Positions 25,806 through 36,927 of a DNA stretch of 64,000 bases are shown here, piece by piece. Source of the stretch: an uncultured Acidobacteriota bacterium (lineage in GTDB: Bacteria; Acidobacteriota; Terriglobia; Acidiferrales; UBA7541). Positions within the stretch are counted from its first letter, which is position 1, and each line of letters starts with the position of its first letter. The notes beneath the pieces are model-generated. The model was not told where the DNA came from, made no database searches, and was given only the letters and a program-made list of their open reading frames with translations. The stretch lies in assembly GCA_963747605.1 (NCBI GenBank), contig CAVVGA010000012.1, positions 119,471 to 183,470 on the forward strand, given 5' to 3'. The position numbers and the translations under genes are program-made.

Positions 25806-26976
25806 TCAAAGGCGAGTGCGGCGGTGCGCAGTCGGTGGAGGGGCCTCAAACCCCACCTTAGGAAACCGATGATGAGCCTGAGACGTTGACAGGCCGCGAC
25901 CAGCGGCTTCCTCGTAGATCTTTCCATGCAGCGCCGTCGGCGTAGCGTTCCGGATAGAGAGCTTTGGAGCGCGGGTCTTCGGCGACATCGAGTTGCAGGA
26001 CCATCCATTTTGGATAGGGGACGCCGGGGTCGGATACAGCGTCAAGCTGGCGCATGTCGTCGGGCGCGAGCTGCAGATCAACCGCGGCAATATTGTCTTC
26101 CAGTTGATCGAGCTTTCTGCGCGGCGACGATTACGCTGCTGACGGCGGGGCGCTGCCAGCGTCCAGGAAAGTGCTACGCGTGCCGGACTCACTTGATGCC
26201 GCGCCGCAATTTCTTTCAGCGTATCCACTACGCGGTAGCTCATATCTTTATCGAATGGAACGAACGCACCTGCTTCCGCGAAACGCGTAGCCGGCGGGAG
26301 TTGGGTTGGTGCGAGTGTATTTGCCGGAGAGGAAGCCGCCGGCGAGCGCGACTCCAAACCAGGATGCCGATATTGTGATATTCGGCAAACGACTGGAATT
26401 CGTATTCGAGACCGCGGCCGACAAGGCTGTAGTACATCTGCGCTGTGACGAATTTTTCCAAAGCGAGATTTTGCTGGAGCATCAGCGCGGTGGCGGCTTG
26501 CCAGGACATGTAATTGGAGAGGCCGATGTAGCGGACTTTTCCCGGCGCACGAGATCGTCGAGCGTACGCAGGGTTTCTTCGAGCGGCGTGTTGCTGTCCC
26601 ATCCGTGAATTTGGTAGAGGTCGATGTAGTCGGTTTGCAGGCGGCGGAGGCTGTCTTCGACTTCGCGCAGGATATTCACGCGCGTGGCGCCGCTGTGATT
26701 CAAGTTTTCGCCCATGGGGAGGCGGACTTTGGTGGCGAGGACGATTTCCTTGCGCACGCCCTTGAGCGCATTGCCGACGAGAATTTCGCTTTCTCCCAGG
26801 CTGTACACGTCCGCGGTATCAATGAAGTTGATACCTTTGTCGAGGGCGAACTTCACCATGCGCGTGGTGGCTTCCTGATCGAGATTGCCCATGTTCATCT
26901 TGCCGCCGAACTGCATGGTGCCCAGGGCTACTTCGCTGACGATGAGTCCGGTGTTGCCTAGTTTTCTGTATTTCAT
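25806..26976 (-). pseudogene. aldo/keto reductase, at least four frame breaks
   Basis: N-terminus 26482..26976 (MKYRKLGNTGLIVSEVALGTMQFGG...FIDTADVYSLGESE...DYIDLYQIHGWD), middle 26240..26602 (GKVRYIGLSNY), then 25806..26357 and 25858..26055 (QVSPARVALSW; DAVSDPGVPYP). The 3' end is uncertain. Confidence 0.75.
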
Positions 26977-27261
26977 TTATTTTGCTCCTTCCGCAAGGAA
27001 ATGGCATTGCTTTGCGAGTTTGGCCCGTACACCGCGAGATTGTGAAACAGGGCCGGTTTAATTAGCGGAGATGATTATAGTCCGGGCGAATCGTGACATC
27101 TAGCGTCGGGGATTTTCTTGCTGGGGCATCGGAGCATGGCGCACATCGGGCCGAATGTTTTAACAAGCTTGTTGACGAAATGCGATGCGGCGGACAGACT
27201 ATCTTTGTCGGCAAAGTTGTTCGGGAAAGTGAAGACGGAGGTCGCTCAGGAGACTTTAAAC

Positions 27262-28365
27262 ATGGCCTGTTTCTCGCGTTACGGATTTAATTTCAGAAAA
27301 ACCTTGGGCGTCGTGGTCTTTGCGGTGGCTTGTGCGGCAATTGCGCTGCTGTCCGGTGTGAACGCGACGGGCGCCGCGGCAGCAGCAGCAGCGCAGAAAA
27401 CGCTGCAAGTTTATTTTGTGGATGTGGAGGGGGGGCAGGCGACTTTGTTTGTTACGCCTGAGGGGCAATCTTTGCTGATTGATACGGGGTGGGACGGCAA
27501 CAAGGGCCGCGACGCGGATCGGATTGTGGCGGCGGCGAAGTTGGCAGGGCTCAGCAAGATTGATTATGTGCTGATCACGCATTTTCATGAGGACCACGTG
27601 GGCGGGGCGCCGCAACTGGCTGCGCGCATTCCCATCGGCGCGTTCATTGACCATGGTGAGAACCGCGAGGGCACAGACGCGCCGACCGTGCAGGTTTGGC
27701 AGGCGTATCAAGCGCTGCTCGCGACCGGAAAATACAAGCGCATCACAGCGAAGCCGGGCGACGTGCTGCCGATTCAGGGAATGCACGCTACGGTGATCAG
27801 CGCGGACGGAGCGTTGATTGGCAAGCCGCTGCCCGGAGCCGGACAAGCGAATGCGGCTTGCAAGGAATCGGAGACGCGTCCCGCGGACAAAACGGAAAAT
27901 CTGCGTTCGCTGGGCACTTTCATTACTTTCGGGAAGCTGCGAATTTTGGATTTAGGCGACCTTACCTGGGACAAGGAAATGGAATTGATGTGCCCGGTGA
28001 ATAAATTGGGCCACGTGGATGTGTACATCGTCTCGCATCATGGCTGGCAGCAGAGCAGCAGTCCGGCATTGGTGTATGGCATTGCGCCGCGCGTGGCGAT
28101 CATGGACAACGGTGCGAAGAAGGGCGGGACGCCTTCGACGTGGGACATCATTGAGAAGTCGCCGCATCTGGAAAACTTGTGGCAGGTGCATTTTTCGGAT
28201 GAAGGCGGGCCAGGGCACAATGTTCCTGCGGAATTCATTGCCAATCCGCCGGGCCCGGACGCGGGAAATTATCTGGAATTGATTGGCTATGCGGATGGCG
28301 GCTTCGATGTATTCAATTCGCGCACACAGGAAACCAAGCACTACCCAGCGCAGTTAAGTTTCTGA
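27262..28365 (+). CDS. secreted MBL-fold metallo-hydrolase
   Basis: The likely start is the ATG at 27262 (signal-like VVVFAVACAAIALLSGVNA). HFHEDHVGG is the metallo-beta-lactamase HxHxDH motif. The ORF track gives 27118..28365. Confidence 0.75.
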   Translation: MACFSRYGFNFRKTLGVVVFAVACAAIALLSGVNATGAAAAAAAQKTLQVYFVDVEGGQATLFVTPEGQSLLIDTGWDGNKGRDADRIVAAAKLAGLSKIDYVLITHFHEDHVGGAPQLAARIPIGAFIDHGENREGTDAPTVQVWQAYQALLATGKYKRITAKPGDVLPIQGMHATVISADGALIGKPLPGAGQANAACKESETRPADKTENLRSLGTFITFGKLRILDLGDLTWDKEMELMCPVNKLGHVDVYIVSHHGWQQSSSPALVYGIAPRVAIMDNGAKKGGTPSTWDIIEKSPHLENLWQVHFSDEGGPGHNVPAEFIANPPGPDAGNYLELIGYADGGFDVFNSRTQETKHYPAQLSF

Positions 28366-28368
28366 CGG

Positions 28369-29701
28369 CTATGTTGACGCGGGAGTGATCGGCTCGGGGA
28401 TTGGTTCGATGCGGCCGAGCCAGAAGACATAGCCTGCTATGCCTGCTAGAAGGAACGCAGTGGCCACGACGAAGATCCAGGCGAATGCGTTGGCGGCGAA
28501 TAAATACGCGGTGACGATCGGAGCGGCGATGGCCGACAATTGATTTCCGAAATTTAGTATTCCACCTAGTGTGCCTACGCTTCCTTCCGGAGCAATCAGC
28601 GACGGAATAGACCAGCCCACCGGCGCCGCAGCGGCAAGTCCGCCGAGAGAAATGCTGATCCAAAAAATCGCGGTGATGGGGGTGTGCGCGTGCACTACCC
28701 CGAGGATGCCGAGGCCGAAAGCTGTGCCTCCGACTAATACGAATTGGCGAACCAGAGAGGCATCGCGTCCGCGATGAATGAGCGCGTTGACCAGCCAGCC
28801 GCCAATCAGCAGATCGGTGAAAGTCGCGAACAGCCAGGGCACGCTCGAATACAGCACGGAGTGCAGCAAATTTACGTGCAGGGCCGTGGAAAGATAGCTG
28901 GGCAGCCAGGTGAGCAGCAGATAGAAAGTGTAATTGTAGGCGGCGAAGCCGAGGACCAGGCCCTGGACTTTGCGTTGGCTCAACAGGTAAGCGATCGACG
29001 CGCTTGGCGTGATTTTGCCGTAGCCTTCCGTTTGCGCGCCGCCTTGCAGGATGAGTTCGTGTTCGACGGCGGTGAGAGATTTATCTTCGCTGGGATTGCG
29101 GTAGAGCCAGAAGAAGAGGATGAAATAAAGAAAACTGAGAATGCCGGTGGCGGCAAAACTCCAGCGCCAGCCGAAGTGAATCAGCAGCAGGCCGAGCAGC
29201 GGCACTCCGGCGGCGGGACCGAATTTCGAGGCGGCGTCGAAGATGGCGGTGGCTAGGCTGCGTTCGCGCCCTGGAAACCAGTAGCCGACAGCTTTGGAAT
29301 TGCGCGGGAAAGGTGGGAGCTTCGCCGACTCCGAGTAACAGGCGCGCGACGAAAAAACTTCCCACGCCGGTCGCGGCTGCGGCGCCGAAGCAAGCGACGC
29401 TCCAGAGGAGAGTGCTGATGCGGCCGACTAATTTCACGCCGAAGCGATCGAGTAGCACGCCGCAGGGGAGCTGCAATGCGGCGTACGTCCAGCTATAAGC
29501 GCCTAAGAGGTAACCGAATTGTACTGCGCTGATGCCGAAGGCTGCGTGCAGAGCATCTTGGGAGACCGAGATGTTTACGCGATCGAAATAGTTTATGAGC
29601 ACACCCAGTCCCAGCACGCCGGCAATCACCCAACGCCTGCGGGGTAGCGGCACGAATTCGTCGCGAATTGTGCGGTGCGGTTCTGGTCCAGGATGATCCA
29701 T
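28369..29701 (-). CDS. MFS transporter, one frameshift
   Basis: N-terminus in ORF 29081..29791, starting at M31 at 29701 (INYFDRVNISV, LLDRFG, GVGEAPTFPA). C-terminus in ORF 28369..29205. The switch is near 29250..29300. Confidence 0.75.
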
Positions 29702-30339
29702 GTCGCAGTTGGGAGGCGCTTTCGCCGGGTGAGATTGTAGTCGAGCCAGGTTGCCGCAGGTGAAAAATGCTGCGCCACAAGACCGTCCCACCCTACACCG
29801 GCGGTTTTGCTCGACGTTGCGGCCGGTTAGTTTTATGACCTTGCAGCCTTTGCAGTTCGGCCACCTTCGTGAGACTCCTGAGGCGACCTTTGATTTTCGT
29901 CGCGAATTGAGCTTTAGCTCGCTCTTCTTATCCCGTACGTATTTCTACGTATTTCTACGAATAGTCAGCAATCGCCGATTGTGTTAGCGTGGGTCGGGGC
30001 AAAGTTGAAGCCCGATATAGGGACGCATTATGCGATGCACGATCCAATCCAGGAATTCCACCCTTCCCCAGCATCGGCCCGGCCTGCCCACCCCAAATCA
30101 ATCGCTAGCGAAACAAAATCGAAAGCCAATGCAAGTCATTGAAAATAATCAACAGCGATCTAAATCAATCGCTCGTTTTTGTCGTGTTTTTTCCGATTGC
30201 GGGGGTAATTCCATTCGCGACGACAATGGCGTGCTAAGCGATTCGGTCTTTCGAGAGGACTGTAGTATTTATCGGCGAAGGGAATCAAACAGTTATAATA
30301 TGACGCTCGGGGTTCGGCTCCGCTCCGGCAAATTCATAT

Positions 30340-31019
30340 ATGAATCGAAAAGACAGAGTTTTTGCTGCGGTGGACCTTGCAGTCGCGGACATTCCGGATG
30401 GCGCGACAGTCATGTTCGGCGGATTCGGCGGCGCGGGATTTCCCAATAATTTAATTCAGGGGTTGGCGCGGCGGGGCGCGCGGAATTTGAGCGTGATCAG
30501 CAATAATTGCGGCACGGGAGACGGCGAGCTGGGGATTCTTTTCAAGCACCGGCAGATCCGCCATGTGGTGGCGGCATTTCCAGGGCCGGGCGCGACATAT
30601 TTTCAACAGCAATTCGACGCAGGGGAAGTGGAGCTGGAACTGGTGCCGCAGGGAATTTTGTGCGAACGGATGCGCGCGTTTGGCGCTGGGATTCCGGCGT
30701 TTTATTCGCCAGTGGGAGTGGGGACGGACGTGGCGAAAGGCAAGGAAGAGCGCGTGATTCGAGGGAAGCGCTATATTTTGGAGCAGGCGCTGGGCGCGGA
30801 TTATGCGTTTATCAAGGCGATCGCGCCGATCGCATGGGAAATCTGGTGTATCGCAAGGCGGCGCGGAATTTTAATCCGATCATGGCGACGGCGGCGAAGG
30901 TCACGATTGTTGAGGTGGACGAAGTAGTGGAGACCGGGACGCTGGATCCGGAAACGATTGTGACGCCTTCGATTTTCGTGGATCGCATCGTGGTGGCGAA
31001 GGGAATTCACAATGCTTAA
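30340..31019 (+). CDS. 3-oxoacid CoA-transferase subunit A, one frameshift
   Basis: ORF 30340..30927 (DGATVMFGGFGGAGFP, ELELVPQG) continues in ORF 30507..31019 (GNLVYRKAARNFNPIMATAAKVTIVEVDEVVE). The switch is near 30820. Confidence 0.8.
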
Positions 31020-31734
31020 AGCGCGGCTGACGCGAGAGCAGATCGCTGAACGCGCGGCGCTGGAATTGCCGGATGGCGCTTACGTGAATTTGGGCTGGGG
31101 AATTCCGAACTTGATTGCGGCGTACGTGCCGAAAGATGTGGTGGTTTATTTTCACAGCGAGAATGGAATTCTGGGGATGGGGCCGCGGGCGAAGGCGGGC
31201 GAGGAAGATTATGATCTGGTGGACGCGATGAAGGTGCCGGTGACGCTGGTTCCTGGCGCGGCTTATTTTTCGCAGGTGGATGCGCATGTGATGACGCGGG
31301 GCGGGCATCTGGACATTTGTATTCTGGGCGGACTGCAGGTTTCGGAGCGCGGCGATTTGGCGAATTGGCGCGTGCCGGGCGCGAAAGGCGCGGGCGGAAT
31401 TGGCGGCGCGATGGATATTTCCGTTGGCGCGCAGAAATTGATCGTGACCATGGAGCATAATGCGAAGGATGGGCAACGGAAAATTGTGAAGACGTGCAAT
31501 TATCCGCTGACGGCGATCGAGTGCGTCAATACGATTATTACGGATTTAGCGGTGATTGACGTGACGGCGGAAGGGTTGGTGCTGCGCGAGGTGGCGCCGG
31601 GATTTACGCCGGAGGAAGTGCAGCAGCAGACCGAGCCGAAATTGCGCTATAGCGGGAAAGTGCCGGAGATGGCGATAGCGAAAGAAGTGAGCGCGAGATT
31701 TTGTTGCTGCGACATTCGGAGTATGATTTTCTGA
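31012..31734 (+). CDS. 3-oxoacid CoA-transferase subunit B
   Basis: 240 aa with YVNLGWGIP, SENGILG and GGIGGAMD. Its start overlaps the end of subunit A. Confidence 0.85.
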   Translation: MLKARLTREQIAERAALELPDGAYVNLGWGIPNLIAAYVPKDVVVYFHSENGILGMGPRAKAGEEDYDLVDAMKVPVTLVPGAAYFSQVDAHVMTRGGHLDICILGGLQVSERGDLANWRVPGAKGAGGIGGAMDISVGAQKLIVTMEHNAKDGQRKIVKTCNYPLTAIECVNTIITDLAVIDVTAEGLVLREVAPGFTPEEVQQQTEPKLRYSGKVPEMAIAKEVSARFCCCDIRSMIF

Positions 31735-31736
31735 CC

Positions 31737-32383
31737 ATGGAAAACGGACAATCGAACGGAAGAAGCCGCCGACTTATTGGATCGGCGAAGGCGGCGGATG
31801 GCTGCTGCGCCACGTGGTGAGCGGCCTTGCGGCGACGGGCATTACGCCAAACATGTTTACGTTTTTGGGCCTGGCGGTGAATTCGTGGGCTGCGGCGCTT
31901 TTTGCGATGGGGATGTTTCGGCAGGCTGCGGCGGTTTTATTTCTTGCGGGATTTTTGGATATGGCGGATGGTCAAGTGGCGCGGCGCGTGGGGCGCGTGA
32001 CGGCGTTTGGCGCGTTTCTGGATTCGACGCTGGACCGCTATTCGGATTTGGCTTTGTACATGGGATTGGTGGTGCATTACACGCTGATCGGGCGGCCATT
32101 TTATATGGCGCTCGCGGCCGTGGCGATGGCGAGTTCGTTCATGGTGAGTTATGCGCGCGCGCGGGCGGAGTCGATTATTCCTTTTTGCAAAGTGGGATTT
32201 ATGGAGCGGCCGGAGCGGCTGGTGCTGCTGATCATGGGCGGCGCGTTTAATCGCATGGCGCAGGTGCTGTGGGTGATCGCGGCGATTTCGACGATTACGG
32301 TGATTCATCGCGTGGTTTATACGTGGCAGGAGTTGCGCGCGGGGCGGTCTTTGCCGGCGGCGAGCGAGACGCAGATTTCTTAA
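31737..32383 (+). CDS. CDP-alcohol phosphatidyltransferase family protein (one frameshift 5 nt after the start)
   Basis: Motif DMADGQVARRVGRVTAFGAFLDSTLDRYSD (DGx2ARx8Gx3Dx3D). The ORF track starts at a GTG at 31814. The same frame is open upstream (KRTIERKKPPTYWIGEGGGWLLRH). It joins the ATG at 31737 if one A is added to the A4 run at 31741..31744. Confidence 0.8.
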
Positions 32384-32416
32384 GGCGACGTGCGCGCTGA
32401 TTTGGCGCGAAAAGTT

Positions 32417-33168
32417 TTAGAACTTCTGTACTGGATTTTCCTTCAGCGATTCTTCCACTGGGGCCGACACAATTTCCTGCACACGCTGCCGTAAGCGCGT
32501 CCACGTCGCCGCGCGCGATCTGGGTCGTGTCAATCGTATCGTGAATGTAGACCGTGATTTTTTCCGGATGCAGCATCCAGTGGCCGGTTTGGAAGAATTG
32601 GTAGGAGCCGACCATGCTTACGGGCACGATGGGAATTCCGAATCTCTGCGCGATGCTGAAGATACCTTTTTTGAAGGGCTGGACGTGGCCGATCGCGGGT
32701 GCGCGAGCCTTCGGCGAAAGCGATCAGGCTGACGCCGGAATCGAGCGCGGCTTTGGCGCGCTGCGTCATGATTTCCAGGCCTTCGCGGCTGGGCGCATCG
32801 GGGACGGGAATATTTCCGAAGCGGCCCATCATCCAGCCGTAGACCGGGACTTTGAAGTGCGATTCGAGTTCGAAGCCGCGCAGGAATTGCGGAATGGCGG
32901 AATAGATGACGAACGGGTCGAAGAGATTTACGTGATTGCAGATGAAGATGCTGGTGCGAGTGGGGTCGAAACCCGGAGCGCGGCGGACTTCGAAGCGCGC
33001 GCCGGCGAGGCGCAGAATGTTGCGGAAGAAGACGCGCTGGGGCCAATCGTTTCTTCTGGGATCGATGACTGCCCCGATTGCGATGAGAATAGTGCCGACT
33101 ACAGCGAAATGAATCCCACTGAGCGCCCATAGCAATGCGGAGCGGACGTTGAGGTAGGCGTGTTTCAT
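32417..33168 (-). CDS. 1-acyl-sn-glycerol-3-phosphate acyltransferase (PlsC/AGPAT family), two frameshifts
   Basis: ORF 32530..33213 from M16 has the NHVNLFDP (HX4D) and FAEGSRT motifs. It continues in 32295..32627 (FKKGIF-like block, PIVPVSMVG). It then continues in a third frame ending [23 protein letters not shown] with a TAA at 32417. Its ATG overlaps the upstream stop (ATGA). Confidence 0.8.
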
Positions 33169-34074
33169 ACGATCACGTCCAGCGCGGCGGGGAGAATTTC
33201 CAGGGACTGGCATTCGAGGCGCATGCTTTCGCCGTCTACCATTACGTTTACCGGGCCGGTGAGTTCGAAATCGATGCGCTTGGTGGCTGCGCGAGATGCG
33301 CTGCGATGATTGATGTGCGTGCCGGTGAAGAGGCGCGGGAGAGTCCAGATCAGGCCGAGGCGGCCGATAGGGCCCCAGCGGACGTACTCGATCAGGCCGT
33401 CTGTCGGGTTTGCGTGCGGAGCGATCAGCATGTGGCCGCCGGTGAATTTGCTGTTGTTGAAGGAGAGGAATAACGCTGGGTCGCGATCGAATTCTCTTGC
33501 TTCGGCCACGCGGTGCGGGAATGCGAGATGTTCGAGCTGCACCAGGCGCGTGAAGACGCCCAGGATGTAGCCGAGTTCGCCCCAGCGTTTGAAGCGGCGG
33601 TTGGCGGTTTCGGCGACGTCGGCGGGAAAGCCTAGCGTGAGGAGATTCAGGAAATAGAGTTCGCCTTGCGGCGTGGCGGAGGCGAATTACGTCGCAGAGG
33701 CGGCGGGAGTTTTTTTGCAGCCTTCGATGGTGTGTTCAACGCCGCGCTTGGTGAAATCTTTCAGGAAGGAATTGCCGGTGCCCAGCGGAAGTAGGCCGAG
33801 CGTGGGACGATCCTGACTTTTGGCGGCTGCGGCCGGGAAAAGTCCGTTGACGATTTCGAAGGAGGTGCCGTCGCCGCCGACTGCCAGGAAATTGCGGGTT
33901 CCTTCGCGCATAGGCTTGGCGTGCGATTTCCGTGGCTTCTCCGGCGCGGGTGGTGTGCGTTACGGTTACGGCGATTCCTGTTTGGCGAACTCTTTCCAGC
34001 ATGCCGGCGGCGAGGTGGCCGGATTTTCCGCCGCCGGCTGCGGGATTTACGATGGCTAGGAATTGCGTGGTCAC
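33165..34074 (-). pseudogene. diacylglycerol-kinase-family lipid kinase (YegS/LCB5-like), at least three frame breaks
   Basis: 33736..34074 (FLAIVNPAAGGGKS), 33687..33911 ([29 protein letters not shown]) and 33165..33542 ([23 protein letters not shown]). Confidence 0.75.
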
Positions 34075-34111
34075 TGGCGCAAATGCTCCGGCTTCGTTGG
34101 TGAGGTGAAGA

Positions 34112-35825
34112 TCACAGCGTCACCACGGCGGAGCGATCGCGGCTTTGGCGGATTTGTTCGGCTAGTTCGGCGCGCTTTATTTTCAGGGAGGCGGTTAGAG
34201 GGAAATCGCGATCCCAGGACAGATAGCCGCTGATGCGTTTGTAATTCAGGAGGCGGCGATTGCGTTCGGCGACGTCTTTCACGAGCGCTTCGGTGATTTC
34301 TGGTGCGGTTTCGGGATGCAGGACGAGGAGGAGTTGTTCGCCTAGCATGGTGCGGACGGGCCAGAGATAATTTGCGGCGAAGACGCAGAATTCTTTTACC
34401 GGAAGGCCGGCGAAATAGGTTTCGACATCTTCGGGATAAATATTTTTGCCTTCCTCGGTGACGATCATGTTTTTTTTGCGGCCGAAGAGTTGGAGATGGC
34501 CGGAGGGATCGAGGCGGCCGAGGTCGCCGGTCATGAGCCAGCCGTCCACGATGGTTTCGGCGGTCATTTCGGGATCGTCGAGGTAGTGGGACATTAGGGT
34601 GCGGCTGCGCACGGTGACTTCGCCAATTCCTTCCGCGCCGGGATTTATGATTTTCACTTCCATGCCGGGGAGCGGCTTGCCGACCGTGTCGCCGCGGAAC
34701 GGTTTCAGATCATTGACCGTGATCACGGTGCCGGCTTCGGTGCAGCCGTAGCCATTGCCTACCGGGATTCCCAGATCGTAGAAAAATTGCAGCGTTTCGG
34801 GTTCGGTGAAAGCGCCGCCTACGAACAGAGCGCGCAAGCTGGCCGCCGAACGCTTGGTGAACTTGCGGAAGCAGGGCGCGGCTGATTTTCAGGTGGGGGC
34901 GGCGGCGGGTCAAGCGCGCGATTTGTGGCGATCAGCGCGTTCAGAATTTGCGCTTGCCGTGGCGGCAAGATCGGCGAAGCGTTGCCGCAGGCCGCGTTCT
35001 AGATTTTTCAGGATCATGGGCACGAGGGCCATGTAGGTGATTTTGTATTTCGTGAAGGCTTCGCGAATGAATTCCGGGCGCAGGGTGCGCAGGTGAACGA
35101 CTGTGGCGCCGCAGGTGAAAGGGCCGATGAAGCCGACCATGAAATCGATCGCGTGATTTGTGGGGAGGATGCTGAGGTAGCGCACGCCGGGCCAGAAGGG
35201 ATAGAGCGAGGTGAGCGCGATGCACTGCTCGAGGTAATTTTCGTGAGTGAGGACGCAGCCTTTGGGGCGGCCGCCGGTGCCGGAGGAATAGACGATGCAG
35301 GCGGGATCGTTGCGCTTGCGCGGGATGAATGTCGGGCTCGGCCTCGGCGCGAAAATGTTCCCAGCGATGCGCGCCGGCGAGATCGGCGTTTGTGGGGGCT
35401 TCGGTTACGAGCACTGTGCGGGCTGCGAGATTTTTGAATTGTTCGGCTTGGGTGATGGCGCGCCAGAGATGATATTCGATGACGAGAAATTCGGCCTGGG
35501 AATGCGCTAAGAGTTGCAGTTGTTCGGCGGCGGTGAGTTTGTAATCGAGCGGGACCAGCACGCCGCCGCAGAAGAAAATCGCGTAGGCCGAAATCAGCCA
35601 CTTGGACTGATTGGTCATGATGATGGTGGCGCGTGTGCCGGCTTGGAGTCCGGCATTTTGTAGTCTGCTCGCCAGAGGGAGCGCTTGCTCTTTGAATTGG
35701 CGATACGTGAGGCGCGCGTTTTCGCGTTCGCGATCGGCTTCGATCAGGCAGATTTCGTCCGGCCAGCGATCGAGCGCGGCGCGCAGCGCTTCGCCGAGCG
35801 AATTGTATTGGCGGAGATCCAGCAT
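34112..35825 (-). pseudogene. adenylate-forming acyl-AMP/CoA ligase 1, at least three frame breaks
   Basis: The N-terminus is ORF 34941..35825. The middle is 34910..35185 plus an unlisted frame carrying an [13 protein letters not shown]-like P-loop. The C-terminus is 34112..34837 ([21 protein letters not shown]). Its ATG overlaps the ACP stop (TAATG). Confidence 0.8.
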
Positions 35826-36067
35826 TACAGGCGTGATTGAATCCGTTGGGCGAGGGTGCGGAAGTCGCTTACGCCCTGGAGTTCGTAGTCGGGGAGCTCG
35901 ATTTGGAAATGCTGTTCGATGCGGGTGAGGAGATCGAGGGCCTGGAGACTATTGATGCCGAGCTTTTTGAAGAAATCGTCGTCGGGCGCGAGCTGATCGC
36001 GCTGGACTTTGAAATGTTCGGCGGCGAGGCGCAGGACTTCGTCGGTGGTTTTGTCTATGGTGTTCAT
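35825..36067 (-). CDS. stand-alone acyl carrier protein
   Basis: 80 aa (MNTIDKTTDEVLRLAAEHF...KKLGINSLQALDLLTRIEQHF). GINSL is the phosphopantetheine-attachment Ser motif. Only the last 80 codons of the 357-aa track ORF 35825..36898 look real. Confidence 0.8.
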   Translation of the reverse strand: MNTIDKTTDEVLRLAAEHFKVQRDQLAPDDDFFKKLGINSLQALDLLTRIEQHFQIELPDYELQGVSDFRTLAQRIQSRL

Positions 36068-36123
36068 CGTCTTTCTATCTTGCCATAATTTTCGCTTGGG
36101 TCTGCATGGTTGCTGCGCGGCGG

Positions 36124-36927
36124 CTAGGGGAGATAGGGCAGCGCGTCGGTGCTTTCGACGAATTTGCGCAGGCCGGCATCTACTGCGGGGCGCATGAAAA
36201 GGTCGCAAAAGATGTCGATTTCGCGGCGGAGCTCGTCGTGGGGGATCGGCTTGATGAATTTTTTGGCGGCGATGGCGGTGCCGCGATCGAATTTTTTTAG
36301 CTGCGCGGCGGTGGAGCGGGCTACGCGGAGGGCGTCGCCTTCGGCTGCTACTTGACTGACTAGGCCGACGGATTGCGCTTTCGCGGCGTTGATGCTGCGG
36401 CCGGTTAGGAGCAGGTCGCGGACTACGGCGTTTCCGAGGTCGCGTTTGAGGCGCGGGATGCCGCCGAAGCCGGGAATCAGGCCCAGGCGGAACTCCGGGA
36501 AACAGAAGCGCGTCATTTTGTCGGCAACGATTAGATCGCAGGCTAGCGCTAGTTCGAAGCCGCCGCCGAAGGTGACGCCGTGAACGGCGGCGATGGTGGT
36601 GAGCGGCGCTTCGTCGAGGGTGTTCATCACGTAGTGGATGCGTTCGAGGAAATCGCGCAGGCCGGCGAGGCGTTCGTCTTTCGGAAGCGATTGGGCTACG
36701 CGATAGGTTTCGCGGAGATCGGCGCCGGCGCAAAAACCTTCTTTGCGCGTGCTCTGGATGATCAGCGCGTGGGATTCGCGCTGCAGCGATGGGAGAGCGG
36801 CGACGAATTTTTCGAGCTCGGCTAGCGTGGCACGGCCGATTTCGTTGCAGGGGGCGCGGTCGAGGGTTAGTTCGACGGTGCCGTCGAGCACGTGCCACGA
36901 AAGTGTTTCGCCTTGAAAGATGTTCAT
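36124..36927 (-). CDS. enoyl-CoA hydratase/isomerase (crotonase) family protein
   Basis: Intact 267 aa with [27 protein letters not shown] and [13 protein letters not shown] oxyanion-hole motifs. Confidence 0.85.
   Translation of the reverse strand: MNIFQGETLSWHVLDGTVELTLDRAPCNEIGRATLAELEKFVAALPSLQRESHALIIQSTRKEGFCAGADLRETYRVAQSLPKDERLAGLRDFLERIHYVMNTLDEAPLTTIAAVHGVTFGGGFELALACDLIVADKMTRFCFPEFRLGLIPGFGGIPRLKRDLGNAVVRDLLLTGRSINAAKAQSVGLVSQVAAEGDALRVARSTAAQLKKFDRGTAIAAKKFIKPIPHDELRREIDIFCDLFMRPAVDAGLRKFVESTDALPYLP

Noticed and set aside
30030-30449. 139-aa ORF in the leader upstream of the CoA-transferase genes.
   Set aside because: It has odd composition and overlaps the well-supported start of the CoA-transferase A gene (30340). 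It spans a region full of repeats and a terminator-like T-tract, so it is more likely non-coding.
35825-36898. 357-aa ORF on the minus strand.
   Set aside because: The first ~275 codons are an Arg/Pro-rich shadow frame overlapping the genuine crotonase gene (36124..36927). Only the last 80 codons (ACP, 35825..36067) look real.
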